Positions 38,666-51,134 of a stretch of 64,000 nt of DNA are shown here, piece after piece (the first letter of the stretch is position 1; the number at the start of each line of letters is the position of its first letter). Source of the DNA: Octopus sinensis (taxonomy: Eukaryota); assembly GCF_006345805.1 (NCBI RefSeq), contig NC_042998.1, positions 31,434,001-31,498,000 of the forward strand, read 5' to 3'. The notes below the pieces were generated by a model that saw only the letters and a list, made by a program, of their open reading frames with translations, ran no database searches and was not told where the DNA came from. The translations under genes and the position numbers were made by a program.

Positions 38666-39190
38666 TATTTCTTTACTACCCACAAGGGGCTAAACACAGA
38701 GAGGAAATAACAAGGACAGATATACGGATTGAATCGATTATATCGACCCCAGTGCGTAACTGGTACTTATTTAATCGACCCCGAAAGGATGAAAGGCAAA
38801 GTCGACCACGGCGGAATTTTAACTCAGAACGTAACGGCAGACGAAATACCTATTTGTTTACTACCCACAAGAGGCTAAACACAGAGAGGACAAACAAGGA
38901 CAGACAAACGGATTGAATCGATTATATCGACCCCAGTGCGTAACTGGTACTTATTTAAGCGACCCTGAAAGGATGAAAGGCAAAGTCGACCACGGCGGAA
39001 TTTGTACTCAGAACATAAAGGCAGACGAAATACCACTACGCATTTCGCCCGGTGTGCTAACGTTTCTGCTAGCTCGCCACCTTCTTGAAAAGTCGATCTC
39101 AGCGGAATTTGAACTCAGAACATAGCGTCGGGCGAAACACCGGTGAGCATTTTGTCCGGCGCGCTAATGATTCTGCCAGCTCGCCACTTT
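38666..39190 (-). mobile_element. SINE family A multimer with one flanking TSD
   Basis: Partial head plus full unit plus re-entry unit; 17-bp TSD TATATGAATGATATACC at 38649-38665 and 39191-39207. Confidence 0.92.
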
Positions 39191-39239
39191 TATATGAATG
39201 ATATACCGGTTGAAAGGGACACATTCGAAAATACCGATA

Positions 39240-40000
39240 ATTAAAGAAATCTATAGAAACCAGCTACTAAAATTAAACATACAAAACTATACGAATGAAA
39301 TCCTTCTCATACAGTCACTCTGTTACAAGACGTAAACATCTTGATATAAAAGAATAGATTACATTCCAGCTGTCTCTACGAAGACACTAATAAAAATTTG
39401 CACTTACACGGTTCGGTGAATATCCACATAGCAACAAAATGTCAATGGTGAAATCCTAAGTTAGAAAAGAATTTAGATTATTCAGCACAAACAAAGGAGT
39501 AGATAAAGAAATCTGCAAAATGCGACAAACACTAATCAACATCGACTCTTCAAACAAACTAATAAAGAATAAGAACTATTCAGATACGAATGCAACGCAG
39601 TAAACATCAAAGTTACTGAAAAATATACGAACTGCATATTAAATTATTACAAGGATCAAATGCATACAAACTAAGGAATGAATAAACACTTGATCAAAAA
39701 GTATCATGAAACAAAATATTAGATGCATTACACCAAAGCATAAACTATCACTAACAATATACGAGAAAAAACATCAGACTTATGGGCCTCGTTAGTAATA
39801 TAAGCCAGAAGCCTGTAAGCACGTGAAACAAGCTACTAATGATCAATAGGATTTGCGAATTCGATTACCAACTTCCTAATACAAAATGTTATGTTAGCCA
39901 TACAAGTAGAACTGCTAAAATAAACAGATTAAATATACTAACTAGAAAGAAAAATAAAATGTAAACACCTGACGTCTAAATCTATGATCAAAAATTAAAA
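39240..40000 (+). mobile_element. Highly decayed LINE RT relic, possibly R4/Dong-like
   Basis: A-rich sense-strand bias and faint RT-like fragments only. Confidence 0.3.
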
Positions 40001-40093
40001 TTCCGACAATAACATATGTCTTGCTTCCCATAACAAAGCAGGAACGCTGTTTCTCTCTTCCTCTCTTACTATGTGTACGTACGTATATGTATA

Positions 40094-40131
<38 letters not shown>

Positions 40132-40197
40132 CTGATAATTGTTTTTCGAGAAACAGCATTGGAGTGCTCAAGTCGAATCCGAGGCGCTACACAAGTA

Positions 40198-40532
40198 TAT
40201 TTATTTTATTTATTTTATTTTTTATTTTTATCTAGTTTCAGCTCACAAGCTGTGGCCATGCTGGGGCACCACCATTTGGTGTTGCTACATGATTTTACTT
40301 CACGAATGCTTTTTAGCAATTGCCATTTGGTGCATGAGAGAGTTTGATGCAGCTGCCCTCATCTGCACCTCCTGCCGTGAAGTTGGTTCATCTGGGACAC
40401 CTGACAAGAAGAGATCCAGTTTTGTTTTAAAAACATCTGCATCCACCCCATGCAGGTCTCTTAGGTTCTTCGGGAGGATATTGAAGAGCTGTGGGCCTCG
40501 GAAGCCCAGGCTATCACAGTATCTCGTCCTAC
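40198..40532 (-). mobile_element. CR1/L2-type LINE 3' end
   Basis: SLGFRGPQLFNILPKNLRDL..FKTKLDLFLSGVPDEP..ASNSL; tail CCCCAGCATGGCCACAGCT(TGTG)AGCTGAAACTAG then an A-rich tail. Confidence 0.88.
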
Positions 40533-40916
40533 ATATTGATGTAGATAAAATAGATAAAATAAAAATGGTTCAAATCAGGTAGACTACAATTAGCACATAC
40601 ACATACGGGTTTAATTAGGATAAAATAATAATTGTCCAATGTAAAACATATATTGATATATTAGATATATAAAAATATAGAAATATAAAAATATGTGAAT
40701 ACTAAAAATATACAAGGACATATAGATATATAGATATGTAAACATAAGAATAATAGAATATAGATAAAAATAAGGAAATGTAGAAAAAAAAGGTTTTCAA
40801 AAATTCCAAATATAATATAGAAAAAGTACGAGTTTTGGACAATTCTTATTTTATCTTAATTAAATCCGTATATGCATATGTTAACCGTAGTCTATACACA
40901 CACATATATATCAAAG

Positions 40917-41000
40917 ACTTTCTCACCTTCCTGAGCGTTAAACAAATACACCTGTTTGTTGTTTACACACCTGTCTTTGTCTTTTGTGTTTTGTAAATCC

Positions 41001-41003
<3 letters not shown>
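40917..41003 (+). mobile_element. Short PLE pseudo-LTR-type tail fragment
   Basis: CCTTCCTGAGCGT..AATAC shared with 43690-43720; ends in (TA)n. Confidence 0.45.
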
Positions 41004-41062
<59 letters not shown>

Positions 41063-41787
41063 TACGATTAGCACACGCATATACGGTTTTAATTAAGATA
41101 AAATAAGAATTGTTCCAAACACTTTTTAATGCCTTTTACTTTTTCTATATATTTGGAATTTTTAAAATCGTGCATGTGTTTGTATGTGTATAAGCATCCA
41201 TCTCTTATTGAATGGAATGAAAGATTTTGTTTCAAAGGTCTTTGTCCATGACTTTTAGTAAGATCGAAAGCCTTCCAAATGTGGCTATCCTGTCTCTACG
41301 TTTTTTTTTTGTTTCTTTTCGTAGATTCACACATTCCTTCAAATTAGCTTCAAAAGCGTTATAATTGTGATCATCCCAGATTTTTTCGAATCTTAATTTC
41401 AGCTCTGATAGACACTGTGCGAATTTACACTAATAAAGTATAATATGGATCCAAATAATTTCTGATTCCTGCTAGTTCTCTTTCAATGGTTCTGGGTTCT
41501 GATATGTCCTTTTGTTGGTCAAGAACAAACATTATGAAAACTTTGTGTTTATAATCAGTTGCAATGACCTATAAGGGTCAAGCATGAAAGCAAAGAATAT
41601 ATATTTTACATCGTATTAAATATACCTTTTTGCAAACAATCTACGCCGTTCCTATTCAACTCCTCAGTCAAATTATTTCTTTTAGCACATGTTTGTTTTA
41701 ACTATGCAAACTTAACAGATTCAAGATAATGCGGACGCTGACGTCCTCACTACACCTATTGAAACAGAAACTATACCTTCGTATAAC

Positions 41788-42199
41788 CTAAGGCGGCAAG
41801 CTGGCAGAAACGTTAGCACACCGGGCGAAATGCTTAGCGGTATTTCGTCTGCGGTTACGTTCTGAGTTCAAATTCTGCCGAGGTCGACCTTGCCTTTCAT
41901 CCTTTCGGGGTCGATTAAATGAGTGCCAGTTACGCACTGGGGTCAATGCAATCGATTTAATACATATGTCTGTCCTTGTTTGTCCCCTCTATGTTTAGCC
42001 CATTGTGGGTAGTAAAGAAATAGGTATTTCATCTGTGGTTACGTTCTGAGTTCAAATTCCGCTGAGATCGACTTTGCCTTTCATCCTTTCGGAGTTTATT
42101 AAATAAGTACCAGTTACGCACTTGGGTCGATATAATCGACTTAATCCGTTTCTCTGTACTCGTGTAGCCCCTTGTGGGCAGTAAAAAATAAGAAACATG
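41788..42199 (+). mobile_element. SINE family A dimer with TSD
   Basis: Junction AAAGAAATAG|GTATTTC at 42023/42024; TSD TCGTATAAC at 41779-41787 and 42200-42208. Confidence 0.9.
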
Positions 42200-42472
42200 T
42201 CGTATAACTCTTTTCTTATTTAATTAAAAATAACAACAATTGTATTTTCCTTAATCACATGTTAATCCAGGAGATTGTTAGACGTGGAGATTATCTTCCT
42301 CTATCATCTGTAATAAATTGAAAAATGCCGCAAGGTGTTTGGTTGCCTTCTCCATTAGCTACAGTTCCATGAATTTAAATTTACGGTCATGAGCATAAAT
42401 TTGTTGGCTTTTATTCACGACACTGGCCAGTTCAAATTCATGCCACTAACCATTCGCTATACATATGTATAA

Positions 42473-42527
<55 letters not shown>

Positions 42528-42596
42528 CATACATACATACATACACACATACACACACACACATACACACACACACATACACAAACGCACATATAT

Positions 42597-42921
42597 GAAG
42601 GCGCGTGCCTTAGTGGTTAGGGTATCCGACTGACAATCGGAAGGTCGTGAGTTCAGTTCCCGACGACGGGTTGCGTCATTCAGCTAGACACTTTATTTCA
42701 AGTTGCCCCAGTCCCCTCAGCTGGCAAAAATGAGTAGTAGCACTTCTATTTCAAAGGGCAATCTTATCACACTGTGTCGTCACGCTGAATCTCATTGAGA
42801 ACTTCGTTAAGAGTATACATGTCTGTGGCGTGTTCAACCACGTACACGTTAAATTCAAGAGTAGGCTGTTCTGTTGATCGGATAAACCGGAATCCTCGCC
42901 CTCGTAACCGACAGAGTGCCA
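42597..42921 (+). mobile_element. SINE family C relative, diverged full length
   Basis: GAAGGCGCGTGCCTTAGTGGTTAGGG..GAGTTCAGTTCCC head; GTAACCGACAGAGTGCC tail. Confidence 0.8.
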
Positions 42922-43411
42922 TTTGTTAATATCGGACAAGATGCCGGAGGAGATTTCCACCCCGACATCCGTAACTCAGAGTTTTAGTATGGCAACCGAA
43001 TAATTGTCACATATATTACAGATATATATATATATATATATAACAATGATAAATCTCAGAGCGAGTTATAAACAGTAGCGGTAACACATCGTGATGCATA
43101 TATGCCATTTGAATATGGCTAACTCATAAGGGTGGATGCTACTGTAGTTTGTAGCCCCAGGAAGATATCTCCTCCAGCTGGCTATAGACACACTATCTGT
43201 GTCCTGTCAGTATTTGTGAAGGGGAGTCATCCTCCCCGTCTTCAACACATGATACACACGTACCCGAGTTTCAAGGTGTTTACCTTTCATCAGCGTGTGA
43301 CAATCATGGTTGTCGATGAGAAGTCAGATCCCTTCACAAATACATATACTTTTTCCAGTGTCGATTTGACACTGATATTTGACACTGATATATATATATA
43401 TGTATATAATG

Positions 43412-43442
<31 letters not shown>

Positions 43443-43533
43443 TATATATACATATGCATATATACTACACATATATATGAATATATATATATATATATAT
43501 ATGTACATATGCATATATACATACACATATATA

Positions 43534-43566
<33 letters not shown>

Positions 43567-43570
<4 letters not shown>

Positions 43571-43771
43571 GTGGCCGCGTGTGTACCGTTGGCGATTTTT
43601 TTCCTCCGTCTTCCCTTCTCTGGATCTTTCCTTTTCCTATGTTTCTGACGAAGAGCCTCGCTCGAAACGTAAAACCCTCCTTCTTCCCTTCCTTCCTGAG
43701 CGTCCAATAATACTATATTTGTTCCACGTCCTCGCGTTGTTGTGTTTTCTCTTGTGTTTTCATGTTTGGAT

Positions 43772-43775
<4 letters not shown>
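43567..43775 (+). mobile_element. PLE pseudo-LTR-like fragment between (TA)n tracts
   Basis: Carries a minimal hammerhead motif; homologous to 5250-5400; class inferred from HHR plus TA insertion context. Confidence 0.55.
43641..43675 (+). ncRNA. Minimal type I hammerhead (extra A after A9, GUA triplet)
   Basis: GTTT-CTGACGA-A-GAGC(CTC)GCTC-GAAA-CGTA-AAAC; ACGT palindrome as stem III. Confidence 0.6.
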
Positions 43776-43804
<29 letters not shown>

Positions 43805-43806
<2 letters not shown>

Positions 43807-44854
43807 TAGCTGAAGGTGACCCGCTCTACGCGCGGGTAAGAGTGTGGTTGTTACTTTCTGTTGCTTCCTTTCAGCACGTAAAAAGCACCATCCGAACGTG
43901 GCGGATTGCAGCGCCGCCTTGACTGGCTTCTGTGCTGGTGGCACGTAAAAAGCACCAACCGATCGTGGCCGCTGCCAGCCCCACTGGCACCTGTGCCGGC
44001 GGCACGAAGAAAGCACCCACTACGCTCACAGAGTGGTTGGCATTATGAAGGGCATCCACCTGTAGAAACACTGCCAGATCAGACTGCAGCCTGGTGCAGC
44101 CTCCTGGCTTCCCAGACCCCGCTCAAACTGTCCAACCCGTGCTAGCACGGAAAACGGACGTTAAACGATGATGATGATGATGATTCTCCCTTCTTTCTCT
44201 CTCACTTTTCCACTCTGTTACTCTTCCTTTCTCTCGGACTCTCCCTCGCTTTCTCTTACTCTCTATCTTTATCTCTCTCTCTCCCATTTATAAATAACAA
44301 AAGATCTTGAGTAAGTTGAGAAATAAAATATTTAGAAAGATCCATCATAAATATCAGGCAGTAACAACGGAAAAGTCTGATTCAAGGCAGACAGCAAAAC
44401 ACTAACATTTAAAAGGGACAGACGAACTTGCGAGCTGAATAAAAATAATAAAATATTGGAAAGCAAAATTTGAAGGGATAGAATTTGAGGATAGTAGAGT
44501 CACCATGGCTGGCATTTCTTAACGACGGACAGCAACGTATTGACAGTTTAACGGCTGGCGTAAAATTTTGAACTTGATGTAAAAGAAAATCCCTAAACAC
44601 CAAGTTTTGAATTGATTCTTTCTCACGACAGTAGACTCATCATGGCAAGCATTGAAAACTTCTTCATCATGGACGGCAACACATTGACGATTAAAAGGCT
44701 GGCGCAAATTTTTTAGCTTGATGTAACACAGAATTCCTAAACAATCGCTCCTTTAAATTTTAATCCCCTTCCAGCCCCATTTATACCCCTTTTCGCCTTT
44801 TGGTTAATATAACCCGATTTCATTCGGGTCTACTGGGGCCACATTTTATAAGAT
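43805..44854 (+). mobile_element. Helentron/HINE-like non-autonomous element with nested SINE and about 140-bp internal tandem
   Basis: ACTAG start, hairpin ACCCGC/GCGGGT, subterminal hairpin ACCCGA/TCGGGT, ATAAGAT end; two diverged units from 44493 and 44630. Confidence 0.55.
43850..44184 (+). mobile_element. SINE 3' part with RTE-type tail and (GAT)n end
   Basis: GCACGTAAAAAGCACC x3 (43874, 43941, 44002); TGGTTGGCATTATGAAGGGCATCC; GTCCAACCCGTGCTAGCACGGAAAACGGACGTTAAAC(GAT)n. Confidence 0.7.
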
Positions 44855-44932
44855 GAGGAATTTTGTTCTAGAGGTCACGCCTTTTATTTGAGGAAAAAAA
44901 TAGTTGTCATGCAAACTTGCCAGCACTTTTAA

Positions 44933-46006
44933 CCCTTTCGTTACTAAACCGCCCAAAGCCGCCCGAAAAAAACTTTGGTTAATGTGACCAAACCGCCCAA
45001 ACCCGTCCGTATTTACCTATTCATATTTAAATGAGAATATCAGAGCAAATCTCTTTATTACATTCGTGAAAACACGTGATTATACTTCGTAAACAGCCCA
45101 TCTACAGTTTTGTATAACAATCGAAGTGTAATTTTAATTCCGTGAATTTTGGGAGATTTTTTCCCAAAATTTGTTCCTATTGTGTTTTCAAACTTTGTAA
45201 TTCTGACAAAAAATGGATACGAATTTCATCATATCAAGCAGCGAGTCAGAATTCGAAGGATTTTCTACTGAAGACCTTGATAAATCTAACTCTATGACTG
45301 CAAAAAAAAAAAGCACAAAGTATTTGATAATGAATCTGATGTTTCATTTTCCGAAAGTGAAAACAGTGAATCCGAGAGCTCCGACAGCGATAAAGAAAAT
45401 GAATTGGCACCTGAATGGAGTGAAAATTGAAAAACTGTTTCTTTCGGTGATTTTTCTGAAGAAACTGGACCAAGCCACAGACCTTCCCAGGAGAGTAAGG
45501 CCTTAGACTATTTCTTTTTACTTTTTCGAAATCATTACGGCGGAAACGAACCGTTACGCTAAATGTAAGCAAAACGAAAGAAAGGATAGTTAGTGGTTTC
45601 CCACAACCTTAAATGAAATGAAGACTATTTTGCCATAAATATTATTATGGGTATCAGAAAGTTACCCAGAATAAAAAATTCTATCGTAAAATTTTGTTGT
45701 ATACCCAATTGAATATTAGCTAATAACCCATTTTCTATAGCGATGTTTGAACAAAATTTTAATAATTTCACATTTTGTTGAATTTACCTGTATCTACCTG
45801 CAATTAGAGTCACTTTGTGACAAAAATTATAGTATAGAATTGGTTGAGAACATTTCATTAAATTATCTTCCAAAAATCACATTAATATATTGATAAATAA
45901 AAAAGTTATAGTTGTTTAATGAAACCAGACTAACTTTATGATTATGTTAGAAATTAATTGAAACACATAAAGGGTGTATTTTGGTCAGAAACATAGTAAC
46001 GAAGGG
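44933..46006 (+). mobile_element. Internally deleted piggyBac-like transposon
   Basis: TTAA|CCCTTTCGTTACTA left end; TAGTAACGAAGGG|TTCA right end; acidic N-terminus plus LDYFFLLF, ETNRYA, WFPTTLNEMK..IMGIRKLP. Confidence 0.82.
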
Positions 46007-46057
46007 TTCATAGGTGTGCATATTTTCAGCTGAACCGACCGACCACATAATGCACAC

Positions 46058-46094
<37 letters not shown>

Positions 46095-46113
46095 GTGTGT
46101 TGTGTGTGTGTTG

Positions 46114-46147
<34 letters not shown>

Positions 46148-46856
46148 ACGCATTATATATACAAATTATATATATTATAGTATAAATTAAATTAGAGATA
46201 AACCCTAATAGGCAAAAAAAACAAAAACAAAAACATAAAAATAAAAATATAATATATAAAATATATAAAATTGAAAAATTTAAATTATTTAAATTTAAAA
46301 TAAAAATTATTAAATTATATTTATAATTTGTTTAAAAATATATATAACTATCAAAAAGTATTAAAAAGTTTAATATACATAAATACAGATATATACACTT
46401 TGTATATATACATTATATATACATATTTATATATCGAACACACGCACACACACACACATATATAAATGAACGCAATGAATATCTGATTCATAATATTTGT
46501 TCTCATGATTGTGTGTTGTTGGTAGCGATGATAATTCTCCCTATGAAAGCAGACAGATACATCAAAGAAAGCCGTCTGACGAACTTATAAAGGGAAAGTG
46601 AAAGGGAGTTGAGGGGAATGCATTAAATAACGGGAGTGGACCACTGAAAGTTATAAATAAAGGGGAGTAAGAGAGGGAAAGGAGGAAATAGCGTGAGTGA
46701 GGAAGATGGCCCCTAGCAACCACACCTTTCAAGATAGGGATTTCTAAGGTAGCCCACGGGCATCGTCACCTCATTCTACATGTCCCTTTAAATTTTGGCG
46801 AATCGGACGAGACGTAGTGGCATTGAAAGCGAACCAAGCGGTAAAAACGCATTTCA

Positions 46857-46911
<55 letters not shown>

Positions 46912-46918
46912 ATTTATG

Positions 46919-46988
<70 letters not shown>

Positions 46989-47361
46989 ATATGTATACAT
47001 ATGTATTTTATGTATTTACGTACGTTTGAATGTATATGCGCAAATGTGTGACTAATGTGATTTATAAATAAACAGGAATGAATTCAGGTCCGTGAACAAA
47101 GTTAAATTTGTTTCCATCTGATTGTCTGGCTTTTCTCTTATTCATTTTCCATCAATCACTCATTCTTTTCGCCGACATATTTTTGTATAAATAAAGACGT
47201 AACCTATGCATCATATATGCGTCTTCTTTTGTGTAATTGGGTAAGTATATGAGCTCTTTCCTATGCATATGTGCAATCCATTGTTAGCCTGCACCGATAT
47301 GCACATTCTTGAAATTGTTACTTATATACATACCAGTACATATTTACACATAGACAAACAA

Positions 47362-47407
<46 letters not shown>

Positions 47408-47711
47408 GTATATATACATATATATATGTGTGTGTGCGTGTATGTGTGAGGGAGTTGTGAATGTATGTACATTATATATGTATATAAATATATATATATG
47501 ATATATGTATGTATATATGTGTATAATATATATATATGTGTATATATATATATATATATATGTGTGTATATATATATTTATATACTTACACATATATATA
47601 TATATACATAGACACACACATATATATATACATAGACACACACACATATATAGATATACCTTACGAATATGCACATAAGTTTGTGTGTGGGTGTATGTGT
47701 GCGTGGGCGTA

Positions 47712-47744
<33 letters not shown>

Positions 47745-48371
47745 GTATGTGTATGTGTGTGTGTGCGTGTGTGTGTGTGTGCATTCTAATTCATGAATTT
47801 CGAAGATTGCTGATAGTATTGGTTCGTTAAGAAAATTTCGCACATTGAATTACGTTTAATTATGTTACAACAAATGGCTCAGTTAACTGTGAGAAAACAG
47901 TCTAGAAAAGAAACGAAACAACTTTGCAAAGCTTTATATGTTCTAATTTACCCACCAATGATCATTTATTGAATTTGTGTTTTATAAAGATTTTAAATTA
48001 AAAACCATTGTTCATTAATATACACGGATGTATGTGCATTTGTAAGCATGTACGCATGTACGAAAACACACACACACACACACACATACATACACACACA
48101 GACAGACAGATACAGATACACACTGTCTGTCTATCTGTCTGTCTGTCTGTCTGTCTCTCACACTCACATACATATGAAGTATTATTAGAATATAAATTTA
48201 ACAATTACAACGAAAATACTTTTTTCTCATGCGAAGCACTGCAACAAAAATTACGATAAACGTGAAATAATTTACGTTCTTTATTTATAATATAATGAAA
48301 AGCAATCATGATGCACAGACACTTGTAAATATAACAGTTCCGTATATATAGAATAAATGTAGGTATATATA

Positions 48372-49179
48372 CTTTTCTACTCTAGGCAAAAGGCCCGAAA
48401 TTTTGGGGGAGGAGGCCAGTCGATTAGATCGACCCCAGTACGCAACTAGTACTTAATTTATCGACTCCAAAAGGATAAAAAGCCAAAGTCGACCTCGGCG
48501 GAATTTGAACTCAGAACGTAAAGACAAGACGAAATGCCGCTAAGCATTTCACCCGGCGTACTAACGTTTCTTATTTCTTTATTGCCTACAAGGGGCTAAA
48601 CATAGAGGGGACAAACAAGGACTGTCAAAGGGATTAAGTCTATTACAACAACCCCAGTGCATAGCTGGTACTTAATTTATCGACCCCGAAAGGATGAAAG
48701 CAAAGTCGACCTCGGCGGAATTTGAACTCAGAACGTAAAGACAAGACGAAATGCCGCTAAGCATTTCACCCGGCGTGCCTACGTTTGTTATTTCTTTATT
48801 GCCCACAAAGAGCTAAACGTAGAGGGGACAAACAAGGACGGACAAAAGGATTAAGTCGATTATATCGACCCCAGAGCGTAAGGATGAAAGCCAAAGTCGA
48901 CCTCGGCGAAATTTGAACTCAGAACGTAGCGGCAGACGAAATACCTATTTCTTTATTACCCACAAGGGGCTAAACACAGAGGGGACAAACAAGGACAGAC
49001 ATAGGTATTATGTCGATTACATCGACCCCCAGTGCGTAACTGGTACTTAATTTATCGACCCCGAAAGGATGAAAGGCAAAGTCGACCTCAGCGGAATTTG
49101 AACTCACAACGTTGCGCCAGACGAAATACCGCTAAGCATTTCGCCCGGTGTGCTAACGTTTCTGTCAGCTCACCGCCTT
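48372..49179 (-). mobile_element. SINE family A tetramer with TSD
   Basis: Four units, two tail types; AATGTAG(G/A)TATATATA at 48356-48371 and 49180-49195. Confidence 0.88.
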
Positions 49180-49699
49180 AATGTAGATATATATATATTG
49201 AACGCATTGTGTACAGAATGACAATCAAGTTTCTAGTAGTTGCAACGGCAAAATTACGTCTTTAAGTGTTTCACCAGCGCACAGAACGCAGAAGCCTTAT
49301 CTGAAGTGATTACGTATACAAGAACTTGTAAAATAAATGCATAAAACTAGGAAGCAAGACAAGAGACCGATAATATAGAGATGTCAGGTATGGTCATTCG
49401 CTTGTCATTGAAATGAATGTTCTTGAAAAGCTCAAATTATGAATATTGGTAAATATGCAGGCGTTCATCATACAAGTATATATAAACGTTTATGTGTGCG
49501 TAAATACAGATGCATATATAACGTCAGCAATACATACATGCATACATACACATACATACACACATGCACACTCCAAGCCACACACACACAAGCACACATA
49601 CACACACACACACACGCACGCACACACATATATATATATACATAGATAATTAAGAAATGCAGTCAAACACAGGTGTTATTCAAATCATTTATACTTCTA

Positions 49700-50460
49700 A
49701 CATATGTTTCGAAAAAAAGCGTTGAAATTATTCCGGAGGGTATAAAAACGATGTCAGACAATGCAATCATCTCGCCAGGAAAAAAAGAAACAAAGCACAT
49801 CAATAAGCCATTTTAAATGAATGTGATTACCACGTATATGATGAAGGGGTACCCTAGCAAGTTATTAAAAAAATCCGTTAATAGATTTAACGTCAAAGGT
49901 ATTTTAGAGAAAGAGAAAGAGGAGAAAGAAAGAAATTAACAGAAAATTAAGAGTAATAAAGAATTCGATTTGGAATGGAAAATTCTATCTAGATCCTTCC
50001 CATATGACAAAGGTAAATCTTTTTTCCCGCTCTGTACCGAAGAGCAATTTCTCATTCTTTCCTCGGAGAATACTCTTGTAAACACGTTTAAAGAATGCGT
50101 TTATCGCTGTAAACATTGGTAAAAACATACATTTTCTTCCTAAAGTAATTTCTACCAATCTATAAAATTCACCTTTAACTGCCTTCTTACATTTCGTTTC
50201 CACTACATATATCTATTTTCACGCGTTTAAACTTAATTCTCATTCATCTATCACACTATGTTTTTCCACTCTTCATTTTCTGGTACTTTCTTTCTTTCTC
50301 CCCCTTCACTTTCTCTAAACTACTTTTGACGTTAAATCTATTAACGTTTTTTTTAAATAACTTGCTAGCGTACCCCTTCATCATATATGAGGTAATCACA
50401 CTCATTTGAAATTGCTTATTGTTTCTTTGAGCAGCGAAGAATGGATCCACCCACAAGATG
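49700..50460 (-). mobile_element. Decayed R4/Dong-like RT relic
   Basis: KGEFYRLVEITL..MFTAINAF resembles the KEYYRRVRLIL..AIN block of this clade. Confidence 0.4.
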
Positions 50461-50557
50461 GCAAGAGATACAGAAACTAAACAGCAAATTATGATTAAAA
50501 CTTGCGTCTTATTTTCTCTTTAAAAAGTGAAAGAACTTTGTTGGTCAGCCCAATACA

Positions 50558-50590
<33 letters not shown>

Positions 50591-50606
50591 AATTATAATA
50601 ATAATA

Positions 50607-50745
50607 AGAACTGTTCCTGTCATTGTAGGTGCCCCTAGGTATGATAAAAAAGGGATGTCAGAAACATCTCAGGATGTTTTCTAGATGTCTCAGAGAAATC
50701 CAAAATATTTCTCACATCCTTAGAAAAACCTTACCACTTTAAATG
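50607..50745 (+). mobile_element. R4/Dong-like extreme 3' fragment
   Basis: TVPVIVGA then LGMIKKG..EIQN..HILRK; directly follows (AAT)n. Confidence 0.6.
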
Positions 50746-50917
50746 TTTGTTTTGTATTACATTTCGCTATTGCCCCCGCCACTTCTCCTGCTCAAGTTTT
50801 CAGTGATGCTGTAACATCTCTTATTCTTCACTCGTCTTAGGACGCTGGGTGCGTCTCGGCAAGTGATTGTAACAAGCATGCAGATTAAGAATAAATTTAC
50901 AAAATAATAATAATATT

Positions 50918-51134
50918 AATCCTTTCCGCTAAAGGTACAAGGCCTGAAATTTTGAAGTGGGGGCTGGTTCATTACACTGACTCCAGAGCTTCACTAGTAT
51001 TTAATTTTTCGATCCCAAAAGGATGAAAGGCAAAGTCAACCTCTGCGGAATTTGAACTCAGAAGGTAAAAACAGACGAAATGCTGCTAAAAGAATCTCGT
51101 CGGTATACTAATGTTTCTGCCATCACGCCGCCTT
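50918..51134 (-). mobile_element. SINE family A
   Basis: GGATGAAAGGCAAAGTCAACCTC..GAATTTGAACTCAG; head CGCCGCCTT. Confidence 0.85.

Noticed and set aside
46571-46640. CTGACGA-ACTT..AAGT-GAAA hammerhead-like core
   Set aside because: Stem III cannot form; purine-rich context makes chance likely.
48372-49179. Regularly recurring units as a CRISPR-like array
   Set aside because: Units are about 200-bp SINE copies without unique spacers; eukaryotic context; no cas genes.
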